The translations under genes and the position numbers were made by a program. The notes below the pieces were generated by a model that was given only the letters and a program-made list of their open reading frames with translations, had not been told where the DNA came from and did no database searches. A stretch of 50,707 bases of DNA from positions 1,748 to 52,454 of the forward strand of contig CAYQBR010000001.1 of assembly GCA_964415735.1 (NCBI GenBank), read 5' to 3'. Of the stretch, positions 21,609-30,195 are shown piece by piece. The DNA is from an uncultured Klebsiella sp. (GTDB lineage: Bacteria > Pseudomonadota > Gammaproteobacteria > Pseudomonadales > Pseudohongiellaceae). Position 1 is the first letter of the stretch. The number at the start of each line of letters is the position of its first letter.

Positions 21609-22940
21609 ATGCACATGCACGATTTCAATGCGCGCCTGTTGAATTTCATTGCTGCCTCTCCAACGCCGTTCCATGCCGTGGCCCAGATGTCCGAGCGTCT
21701 GGTGGCTGCCGGTTTCGAGCTGCTTGATGAAGCGGATGCCTGGCAATTGCTGCCAGGTCATCGCTACGTCGTCACCCGCAATGCCTCTTCGCTGATCGCA
21801 TTCACTCTGCCGCAGGCAAGCACTCTGACGGCCGCGCCGCTGGCTGTTCGTCTGGTGGGCACGCATACCGACAGTCCCTGCCTGCGCATCAAGCCGCTGC
21901 CTGACCTGCGTCGCAACAATTATCTGCAACTTGGTGTCGAGGTGTACGGGGGTGCGCTGCTCAATCCCTGGTTCGACCGCGATCTTTCCATCGCCGGACG
22001 CGTGGACTACCTGTGCAGCGACAATTCCTTGCGCTCGTCACTGATCGACATGCGACGGGCGGTCGCGATCATTCCCAGTCTTGCCATTCACCTGGATCGC
22101 GAAGCCAATCAGAGCAAGTCCGTGAATGCGCAGAAAGATCTGCCGCCTGTGCTCTCCATTGCAGGCGTGCGCGACGGCTCCTTCGACGATCTGCTGCTGG
22201 CTCATCTGCAGGAAACGGGGATTGCACCTGATGCGACGCGGGTGCTGAGTCACGAGCTGAGTTTCTACGATACCCAGGCGCCGGCCATCATCGGCCTGCA
22301 TCATGAATTCATCGCCTCTGCGCGACTCGACAATCTGCTGAGCTGTCATGTCGGGCTTGAGGCACTGCTGCATGCCGGGGGTGACACCTGCAATATGCTG
22401 ATCTGTTCCGATCACGAGGAGGTAGGCAGTACCTCGGCCAGCGGAGCACAGGGTCCGTTCCTGCGCTCTGTTCTGGAACGCATCATCGCCAGCGGTCCGG
22501 GGGATGCTCGTTCGCGTGCCGAGGATCTTGAGCGCACGGTGCGCAGCTCCTTGCTGCTCTCCATCGACAACGCCCACGGCGTGCATCCGAATTTCATGGA
22601 CAAGCATGATGGCAATCACGGTCCGGTGCTGAATCAAGGCCCCGTCATCAAGATCAACGCCAATCAGCGTTACGCCAGCAACAGTCGCTCGGTGTCATTC
22701 TTCAAGTCACTGTGCCTGCAGGCCGAGGTGCCGGTACAGAGTTTCGTGGTGCGCAGCGACATGGCCTGCGGCAGCACCATCGGGCCGATCACTGCTGCCG
22801 GACTCGGCATCGAGACAGTGGACATCGGCGTGCCCACCTTCGCCATGCATTCCATTCGTGAACTCGCGGGCAGCGAGGATGCCTACCATCTCTGCAAGGC
22901 GGTTCGCGTCTTCTTCAACCGCGCGCCGGTTCGCGCCTGA
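21609..22940 (+). CDS. apeB: M18-family aminopeptidase
   Basis: N-terminus [10 protein letters not shown] plus [11 protein letters not shown] and a D/E metal-ligand pattern. 443 aa. Confidence 0.88.
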   Translation: MHMHDFNARLLNFIAASPTPFHAVAQMSERLVAAGFELLDEADAWQLLPGHRYVVTRNASSLIAFTLPQASTLTAAPLAVRLVGTHTDSPCLRIKPLPDLRRNNYLQLGVEVYGGALLNPWFDRDLSIAGRVDYLCSDNSLRSSLIDMRRAVAIIPSLAIHLDREANQSKSVNAQKDLPPVLSIAGVRDGSFDDLLLAHLQETGIAPDATRVLSHELSFYDTQAPAIIGLHHEFIASARLDNLLSCHVGLEALLHAGGDTCNMLICSDHEEVGSTSASGAQGPFLRSVLERIIASGPGDARSRAEDLERTVRSSLLLSIDNAHGVHPNFMDKHDGNHGPVLNQGPVIKINANQRYASNSRSVSFFKSLCLQAEVPVQSFVVRSDMACGSTIGPITAAGLGIETVDIGVPTFAMHSIRELAGSEDAYHLCKAVRVFFNRAPVRA

Positions 22941-24975
22941 GTCGACGCAGGACGAAGCGTGCCGGATGCAGCGCCTCCAGCACCGAGGTCTGCAGGGGCA
23001 GAGGCTCCTGACACATCAGGCTGGCCAGATACTCCGCCGCCAGCGGCGCGTTGCCAATGCCATGCGAGCCATGTCCCACATTGAGGTAGAGGCCAGGGTG
23101 ACACGGCAGGGTCACGGTGGGCTGCTTGCGCTCGTGCTGCGGCAGCGCGCGATAGAGTGCTTCCAGTGTCGCGACATCCACCGCGGGGCCCGCCATGGGA
23201 GTGCGATCCGGGCTGCCGGCACGCACGGCAACCCTGCCTCCACTCAGCGCGGAGTCATCAAGTGCGGCCTCCGGCAAATGCGGCATGATGCCCGCGAGAT
23301 TCTCACTCTGTTCGCGCATGGACAGTGACAGGTCGCTCACATCCTTGGAGTAACTGGCGCCTGCACAGTGTTCGCCGTGCAGGGGCGGGCTGATGTAGCT
23401 GCGCCCGCAGACTACCGTCTTCAGCGTGCTGCTCTGCGCCGAGGCGCGCAGGTGGCTGAGCTGACCGCGCAGGGGGACCAGGGGCAGGTGCGCAGTTTGC
23501 GCCAGGCTCGCCGCCGCCGTGCTGTTGGCAATCACCACGCTGTCCGCTTCCGCCAGGATCTGGCCCTCAGGGCCCAGAGCCCGCCACTGGTCTGCGTGGC
23601 GCAGCAGCGCGCTCACCGGCGTGCCGCAGTGCACGCTGATCAGCGGATGCTGCAGCCAGGCGGCGCAGAGCGCTGCTGGACGCAGCCAGCCGCCCAAGGG
23701 GATGAAATTGCCGCCCCCATCCAGTGTCGTTCCCGCGAGCGCGCTGGCCTGGGTCTGGTCGACGCGCTGCACGACGGCAGAGGCGTACAGGTCCAGGCGA
23801 ACGTCCGGGCAGCGTTCGCGTCGTGAGGAAAACGCCGTATCGAGATTCAGCACGCCGCAGCGTTGCCAGTGAATCGACGGGTGCTGCGCCTGCATCGCGT
23901 CGTAATGACGCGATGCGAAGAGAAAGGCCTGCAGATTGAATTGCCAGGCACCATCCACGGCGTTGTTGAGCCGGCACTGCAACACTCCCTGGCGATTGCC
24001 GGAGGCGCCGGCCGCGATTTCTGTGTGGCGTTCCAGAACACTCACGCGGCAACCTCGCTGCGCCAGGCTCCATGCCGTGCTGCATCCGGCAAGACCGGCG
24101 CCGATCACCAGGACATGTTCCGGCGTCGAGGTTGTGCGGGGCAATTGCAGCCAGCGTCCCGTGTGCTCCGTTTGCCCTGCCGGCTGAGAGGCTTCCTGCA
24201 GTGCGCCACGCAGCATCTCGCGTTTTTGCCCGAAACCTGGATGCTTTGCCACGGCAAACCCGCTGTCCTGCAAGGTTCTCACCACGTGTCCCGCGACACT
24301 GTACGTGCTCAGTGTGGCGCCTGATCGGCTGAGGCGACGAACGTGGGCAAACAGGGCAGGGCTCCACAGTTCCGGATTGGTGCGCGGTGCGAAGCCGTCG
24401 AGAAACCAGGCGTCCACCACCCCACCCCGTGCATCCTCATGCGCAGCGAGGGTCTGAGCTGCATCGCCGTAATACAGGTCGAGCGTCACATCGGCGCGGC
24501 CTGCGGCGTTGCGGAACACGAGACGGTGCAGGCCGCTGGTATGGTCGGGATACTGCGCCAGCAGTTGCTCGGCAAGATCCTGCAGCGCCGGCCATTGCGC
24601 CAGTGCGCGCTGCAATGCGTCTTGCTGCAGTGGGAATTTCTCGCAGGCGATGTAGTGCAGACGCAAATGCTGTGGTGCCACTTCCTGCCAGGCTCGCCAG
24701 CAGCACAGGAAATTCAGGCCGGTACCGAAGCCCAGTTCCGCCACGGTGAAGTGCCCGCGTGCGTTCACTGCGCCGGCACGCAGCGGCTCGTCCAGTGCGC
24801 TCCAACGTTCGCGCAACTGGTTGGCGGCCAGAAAGACGTGTTCCGTCTCTGCGAGCCCGCCTTGTCGCGAGAAGTAGATGTCCTGGAACTGCGCGGAAAA
24901 CGGAGCACCTGACTCCTGCCATTGCAGGTCGGCATTGTGCAGGAGTGTATTGGTGTCAGGGGGTTGATTGTGCAT
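22915..24975 (-). CDS. mnmC: bifunctional tRNA mnm5s2U34 methyltransferase / FAD-dependent cmnm5s2U34 oxidoreductase MnmC
   Basis: 686 aa. N-terminal MnmD methyltransferase region ([10 protein letters not shown]) and C-terminal DAO-type FAD domain ([12 protein letters not shown]). Confidence 0.92.
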   Translation of the reverse strand: MHNQPPDTNTLLHNADLQWQESGAPFSAQFQDIYFSRQGGLAETEHVFLAANQLRERWSALDEPLRAGAVNARGHFTVAELGFGTGLNFLCCWRAWQEVAPQHLRLHYIACEKFPLQQDALQRALAQWPALQDLAEQLLAQYPDHTSGLHRLVFRNAAGRADVTLDLYYGDAAQTLAAHEDARGGVVDAWFLDGFAPRTNPELWSPALFAHVRRLSRSGATLSTYSVAGHVVRTLQDSGFAVAKHPGFGQKREMLRGALQEASQPAGQTEHTGRWLQLPRTTSTPEHVLVIGAGLAGCSTAWSLAQRGCRVSVLERHTEIAAGASGNRQGVLQCRLNNAVDGAWQFNLQAFLFASRHYDAMQAQHPSIHWQRCGVLNLDTAFSSRRERCPDVRLDLYASAVVQRVDQTQASALAGTTLDGGGNFIPLGGWLRPAALCAAWLQHPLISVHCGTPVSALLRHADQWRALGPEGQILAEADSVVIANSTAAASLAQTAHLPLVPLRGQLSHLRASAQSSTLKTVVCGRSYISPPLHGEHCAGASYSKDVSDLSLSMREQSENLAGIMPHLPEAALDDSALSGGRVAVRAGSPDRTPMAGPAVDVATLEALYRALPQHERKQPTVTLPCHPGLYLNVGHGSHGIGNAPLAAEYLASLMCQEPLPLQTSVLEALHPARFVLRRLRREPARG

Positions 24976-25025
24976 CGGCGCAGTGTAGCAGAATGCCGTC
25001 TGTCAGCCCCCTGCGCCCGGCCATC

Positions 25026-25054
25026 GTGGCATCTGCGGCGGAATAGGGTAAAAT
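25026..25054 (+). promoter_or_regulatory. candidate sigma70 promoter for prfB-lysS
   Basis: GTGGCA (25026-25031), 17-nt spacer, TAAAAT (25049-25054), followed by the GC-rich discriminator gcgcg. About 39 nt upstream of the prfB ATG. Confidence 0.4.
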
Positions 25055-25092
25055 GCGCGACCTTCAAATTTCGCCAGACTATCGAGAATCGC

Positions 25093-26191
25093 ATGATCGA
25101 AACCAATCTGACCCATCTCAGGATCAAGGACTTCACCGCCCGCACAGACGTCCTTCGGGGGTATCTTTGACTACGATGAAAAGAAGGACCGCCTGCGCGA
25201 AGTAGAGCTCGAACTGGGCGAATCCAATGTCTGGGACAAACCCGAGGTGGCCCAGGCACTGGGTCGCGAGCGCTCGGAACTGGAGCTGGTGGTCACCACC
25301 ATCGACGCGCTCTACAGCGGACTCAACGATTGCACCGAACTGCTGACCCTGGCCGAGGAAGAGCAGGACGAAGCACTGTTCGAGGAGGTGAATGCCGAGC
25401 TGGAAACGCTGGGCGGCAAGCTTTCCGCGCTGGAATTCCGTCGCATGTTCTCCGGCAAGATGGACATCAACAACGCCTACCTCGACATTCAGGCGGGTTC
25501 CGGCGGTACCGAGGCGCAGGACTGGGCCGAGATGCTGCTGCGCATGTACCTGCGCTGGGGCGAGGCCAAGGGCTTCAATGTCGAAGTGGCCGAAGTCTCA
25601 GCCGGTGAGGTAGCGGGCATCAAGAGTGCCACGATTCACGTGTCCGGCGAGTATGCCTTCGGCTGGCTGCGCACCGAGACGGGCGTGCACCGCCTGGTGC
25701 GCAAGTCGCCCTTCGATTCCGGCAATCGCCGGCATACCTCGTTCTCGTCCGTGTTCGTGTCACCGGAAGTGGATGACGACATCGACATCGAGCTGAACAT
25801 GGGCGATGTGCGCGTGGACACCTACCGCGCCAGTGGCGCCGGCGGTCAGCACATCAACAAGACGGACTCCGCCGTGCGTCTGACTCACGAGCCGTCGGGC
25901 ATTGTCGTGCAGTGCCAGAACCAGCGCTCGCAGCACAAGAACAAGGACGAGGCCATCAAGATGTTGAAGGCACGTCTGTACGAGATGGAAGAGCTGAAGC
26001 GCCGTCAGGCCGCTCAGGCCATCGAGGAAGAGAAGGCGGACATCGGCTGGGGCAGTCAGATCCGCTCCTATGTGCTGGATCAGTCACGCATCAAGGACTT
26101 GCGCACGGGTGTGGAAGTCAGCAATACAGGCGCAGTGCTGGACGGCGACCTGGACAAGTTCATCGAAGCTAGTTTGAAAATGGGGCTATGA
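25093..26191 (+). CDS. prfB: peptide chain release factor 2, made by +1 programmed frameshift: join(25093..25167,25169..26191)
   Basis: Frame 0 gives [25 protein letters not shown] then TGA at 25168-25170. The +1 frame continues DYDEKKDRL... with SPF (RKSPFDS) and GGQ (SGAGGQH) motifs. Confidence 0.95.
25157..25171 (+). promoter_or_regulatory. prfB autoregulatory +1 frameshift site
   Basis: GGGGG TAT CTT TGA C: an internal SD-like G-run, slippery CTT, and an in-frame TGA followed by C. Matches the canonical E. coli site AGG GGG TAT CTT TGA C. Confidence 0.92.
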
Positions 26192-27711
26192 ATCACGTGA
26201 CAGAACACAATCAGCAGACAGGCAGCGACGAGTCGCATCACGACGAGAACAAACTGATTGCCTTGCGCCGCGAGAAGCTCGACGCCATTCGTGCGCGCCG
26301 CAATGCCTTTCCCAACGACTTCCGCCGCACACACTACGCCGCCGATCTGATCAAGGCCCATGGCGAGCAGGACAAGGACACGCTGGAGGCTCTGACGCCC
26401 CAAGTGAAGGTGGCAGGTCGCCTCATTCGCATGCGTGGCCCGTTCCTGGTGATTCAGGATGTGTCTGAACAGATCCAGCTGTACTTCAATCCCAAGGAGC
26501 TCGACGAGGCGCTGCTCGCCGAGATCAAGGGACTGGATCTGGGGGACATCGTGGGCGTCGAAGGGCGCGTGTTCAAGACAGGCAAGGGCGAGCTCACGGT
26601 GTGGATCGCGTCGCTGCGTCTGCTGACCAAATCGCTGCGCCCGCTGCCGGACAAGTACCGCGGTCTGGCTGACACCGAAGTGCGCTATCGCCAGCGCTAT
26701 GTCGACTTGATAGCCAACGAGGCTTCACGTGCGACATTCGTCACGCGTTCCAGAATCATCAGTTGCCTGCGTCACTTCTTCGAGGCACACGGGTTCATGG
26801 AAGTGGAAACCCCGATGATGCAGGTGATTCCCGGTGGTGCGTCGGCCAAGCCCTTCATCACGCATCACAATGCGCTGGACCAGCAGATGTATCTGCGCAT
26901 CGCCCCGGAACTCTATCTCAAGCGTCTGGTGGTGGGTGGCTTCGAGCGCGTCTTCGAGATCAACCGCAATTTCCGCAACGAGGGACTGTCCACGCGCCAC
27001 AATCCCGAGTTCACGATGATCGAGTTCTATCAGGCCTACGCCGATTACCACGATCTCATGGATCTGACGGAAGAGCTGTTCCGTCGCATCGCCACGGAAG
27101 TGCAGGGCACCACGCTGGTGACCTACCAGGGGTTGGCCATCGATTTCGGTCAGCCCTTCAGTCGTCTGAGCGTGCGCGAGTCCATCGTGCGTCATTGCCC
27201 GGACGTGAACATGGCGCAGCTCGCGACGCGCGAGAGTGCGGCTGCGCTGGCGCAGCAGATGGGTGTGCACATCGAGGATGCCTGGGGCCACGGCCGTGTC
27301 TGCATGGCCATCTTCGACGAAAAAGTGGAGCACCTGCTGCTGCAGCCCACCTTCATCACCGAATACCCCACCGAGGTGTCGCCGCTGGCACGCGCCAATG
27401 ACGAGAATCCGGATGTCACCGATCGTTTCGAGCTGTTCATCGGCGGACGCGAGATCGCCAATGGCTTCTCCGAGCTCAATGATGCGGAAGACCAGGCCCG
27501 TCGCTTCCACGAGCAGGTGGCGCAGAAGGAGTCCGGCGATGACGAGGCCATGCACTACGACGCAGATTATGTGACCGCGCTGGAGTACGGTCTGCCGCCG
27601 ACGGCGGGTGAGGGCATCGGTGTTGACCGTCTGGTCATGTTGTTCACGGATGCTCCCTCCATCAAGGATGTGTTGCTGTTCCCGCACATGCGGCCGCATC
27701 ACGACAAGTAG
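26188..27711 (+). CDS. lysS: lysine--tRNA ligase
   Basis: 507 aa, class IIb motifs (FRNEG.S.RHNPEFT..E.Y, GLGIDRLVML-like [11 protein letters not shown]). ATGA overlap with prfB, a conserved prfB-lysS pair. Confidence 0.97.
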   Translation: MNHVTEHNQQTGSDESHHDENKLIALRREKLDAIRARRNAFPNDFRRTHYAADLIKAHGEQDKDTLEALTPQVKVAGRLIRMRGPFLVIQDVSEQIQLYFNPKELDEALLAEIKGLDLGDIVGVEGRVFKTGKGELTVWIASLRLLTKSLRPLPDKYRGLADTEVRYRQRYVDLIANEASRATFVTRSRIISCLRHFFEAHGFMEVETPMMQVIPGGASAKPFITHHNALDQQMYLRIAPELYLKRLVVGGFERVFEINRNFRNEGLSTRHNPEFTMIEFYQAYADYHDLMDLTEELFRRIATEVQGTTLVTYQGLAIDFGQPFSRLSVRESIVRHCPDVNMAQLATRESAAALAQQMGVHIEDAWGHGRVCMAIFDEKVEHLLLQPTFITEYPTEVSPLARANDENPDVTDRFELFIGGREIANGFSELNDAEDQARRFHEQVAQKESGDDEAMHYDADYVTALEYGLPPTAGEGIGVDRLVMLFTDAPSIKDVLLFPHMRPHHDK

Positions 27712-27729
27712 AGCAAGGCGGAGAGTCCG

Positions 27730-28425
27730 GTGGACAGAGTGCAGCTCGAGGCGTCCTGGAAGGCACTGCTGCAGCCGGAATTCGAGCGCGATTACATGCG
27801 TGAGCTGCGTGCGTTCCTGCTGCAGGAGAAGCAGACAGGCAAGCAGGTATACCCCGCAGGCAGGGACATGTTCAATGCGCTCAATTCCACCCCGTTCGAT
27901 CGGGTGCGCGTGGTGATTCTGGGACAGGACCCTTACCACGGGCCGGGTCAGGCCCACGGCCTGTGCTTCTCGGTGCAGCCGGGTGTCGAGATTCCACCGT
28001 CCCTGCGCAATATCTACAAGGAGCTGGCCAGCGACCTGGGCATTGCGCCGGCGCGTCACGGCTGTCTGCAGTCCTGGGCGGCTCAAGGGGTGCTGTTGCT
28101 CAATGCCGTGCTGAGCGTGGAGGCCGGTCGCGCCGCTTCGCATCAGGGTCGTGGCTGGGAGCAGTTCACCGATCGCATCATCGCGCTGCTCAATGAACGA
28201 AGGGAACATCTGGTCTTCATGCTCTGGGGCAGTCATGCGCAGAAGAAGGGCCAGTTCATCGATCGTTCCCGCCATCTCGTGCTCGAGTCACCACACCCCT
28301 CGCCCTTGTCGGCGAGTCGGGGGTTTCTGGGCAACCGGCATTTCTCCCGCGCCAATCACTATCTGCTGGCCCATGGTCTTGAGGCCGTGGACTGGCGCGT
28401 TCTATCGACCACGGAGGGCTTGTGA
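27730..28425 (+). CDS. ung: uracil-DNA glycosylase
   Basis: [21 protein letters not shown] and HPSPLS motifs. 231 aa, GTG start (27730 or 27739). Confidence 0.95.
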   Translation: MDRVQLEASWKALLQPEFERDYMRELRAFLLQEKQTGKQVYPAGRDMFNALNSTPFDRVRVVILGQDPYHGPGQAHGLCFSVQPGVEIPPSLRNIYKELASDLGIAPARHGCLQSWAAQGVLLLNAVLSVEAGRAASHQGRGWEQFTDRIIALLNERREHLVFMLWGSHAQKKGQFIDRSRHLVLESPHPSPLSASRGFLGNRHFSRANHYLLAHGLEAVDWRVLSTTEGL

Positions 28426-29681
28426 TGTCTGCCATGCAGGGAAATGAACAGGTGTGCATTGTTGTCGGGGCCGGCCATGCAGGCTCGGCACTGGCCGTGC
28501 AACTGCGCAAGGAGAATTGGACCGGTCGCATCGTGCTCGTCGGCGTGGAATCGGCCTTGCCCTATCATCGTCCGCCCTTGTCCAAGGCGGTGCTCTCCGG
28601 CGAGAAGACGCTCGACGCGATCGCTCTGCGGCCGCTGTCCCACTATGCGGCCAGTGGCGTGGAATTGCGCCTCGGCGAGCGTGTCGTGGCGATTGATCGT
28701 CAGGCCCGGACAGTGCAGCTGGCCGGGGGGGAGTCCCTGCATTACGACGCACTCGCTCTGTGCACGGGCACCGTCGCCAGGACTCTGCCACGCGCCAGCG
28801 AGCTGCAAGGGGTGTTCAGCTTGCGCACGGCCGAGGATGCCGAGCGCATTCGCGCTGCGGCGACGAGTGGCAAACGTGTCGTCATCGTGGGTGGCGGTTA
28901 CATCGGACTCGAAGTGGCGGCCGTGCTGCGCGCGCAAGGTCTGGAGGTCACAGTGCTGGAGGCGGCCAGTCGGCTGCTTGCGCGCGTCGCGCATCCCGTG
29001 GTGTCCGACTATTTTGCCGCGCTGCATGCCCGCCATGGCGTGACGATACTGACGGGCATTGCCGGCGTGGAACTGCTGGGCGAATCCACTGTGAGCGGCG
29101 TGCGCGAAGGCAGCGGCCGCATTCATCCCGCCGATCTGGTGATTGTCGGCATTGGCGTGCTGCCGGAGCTTGCCCTTGCCCGCGAGGCAGGCCTGGAGGT
29201 GGACAACGGCATCGTTGTGGACGCCTATGCCTGCACCAGTGATCCGCACATCTACGCGGCCGGCGACTGCACCTGGCATCCCTCGGCGCGTTACGGCCGG
29301 CGCCTGCGTCTGGAATCGGTGCAGAACGCGCTGGATCAGGCCCGGGTGGCGGCCGCCAACATCTGTGGCAAGCAAGTGCTTTACGATGCGCTGCCATGGT
29401 TCTGGTCGGATCAGTACAGCATCAAGCTGCAGAGTGCCGGCCTGTTGCTGGAGCACGAGACAGTCGTGCTGCGCGGCGATCCAGAACACGCCGACGAAAA
29501 GGGCTTCTGCGTGTTTCATCTGCGCGGCGATGTGATGATTGCGGCTGATTGCATCAATCGTGCGAAGGAGTTCATCGCCTGCAAGCGCCTGATCGCAGAG
29601 CGTCTGCGCGTCAATCCGCAGGCACTGGCTGACGTGAATTCAGGGGTCGATACGTTCGAATTGCGTGAAGACGTGCTCTGA
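28425..29681 (+). CDS. FAD/NAD(P)-dependent oxidoreductase, ferredoxin/rubredoxin-reductase-like
   Basis: IVVGAGHAG and VVIVGGGYIGLE dinucleotide folds, AAGDC motif, C-terminal reductase dimerisation region. The start ATG 28425 shares one base with the ung stop (GTG 28422 is an alternative). Confidence 0.85.
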   Translation: MSAMQGNEQVCIVVGAGHAGSALAVQLRKENWTGRIVLVGVESALPYHRPPLSKAVLSGEKTLDAIALRPLSHYAASGVELRLGERVVAIDRQARTVQLAGGESLHYDALALCTGTVARTLPRASELQGVFSLRTAEDAERIRAAATSGKRVVIVGGGYIGLEVAAVLRAQGLEVTVLEAASRLLARVAHPVVSDYFAALHARHGVTILTGIAGVELLGESTVSGVREGSGRIHPADLVIVGIGVLPELALAREAGLEVDNGIVVDAYACTSDPHIYAAGDCTWHPSARYGRRLRLESVQNALDQARVAAANICGKQVLYDALPWFWSDQYSIKLQSAGLLLEHETVVLRGDPEHADEKGFCVFHLRGDVMIAADCINRAKEFIACKRLIAERLRVNPQALADVNSGVDTFELREDVL

Positions 29682-29683
29682 GT

Positions 29684-30043
29684 TCAGAGCGGGCCCGTGT
29701 AGATGCAGCCGCTGGTGCAGGTTTCGCGGATTTCGATGCGACTCAGCGCAGGCAGGGCTGGCTTGAGGCGCTGCCAGATCCAGATTGCGAGGTTCTCGCT
29801 GGTCGGGTTTTCCAGACCGGGAATCTCGTTCAGGTAATAGTGATCCAGCTGCTTCCACACGGGGTGAAAGGCGTCCTTGATGTCGCCGAAATCCATCACC
29901 CAGCCGGAGTGCTGTCCCACCGGGCCGCTGACGTGGATGCGCACCGCGAAGGAGTGGCCGTGCAGGCGCGCACACTTGTGCCCTGCAGGCACATTGGGCA
30001 GACGATGGGCCGCCTCGAAGGTGAATTCCTTGTAGATATCCAT
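29684..30043 (-). CDS. queD: 6-carboxy-5,6,7,8-tetrahydropterin synthase QueD
   Basis: 119 aa, FEAAHRLP...C..LHGHSF zinc/catalytic motif. Confidence 0.93.
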   Translation of the reverse strand: MDIYKEFTFEAAHRLPNVPAGHKCARLHGHSFAVRIHVSGPVGQHSGWVMDFGDIKDAFHPVWKQLDHYYLNEIPGLENPTSENLAIWIWQRLKPALPALSRIEIRETCTSGCIYTGPL

Positions 30044-30195
30044 GCTGGCTCGGTGTATTCGCAGGGGCTTCTGGGCGACGAGGCACCTGCATGGTGCCTG
30101 GCCGGAACGGGGCGCAAGGATACCGACAGTTCCGTTTCAAGTACAGCCTGATTCCCTTATACTCCGGGCACTTTCCCCGCAGCGCGACTCCCTCG

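Noticed and set aside
30091-30195. Track start codon ATG 30091 for the cyclase
   Set aside because: It lies inside an intergenic inverted repeat and adds a non-hydrophobic leader ([19 protein letters not shown]...). ATG 30196 or 30214 gives a normal positively charged N-terminus before the first TM helix.
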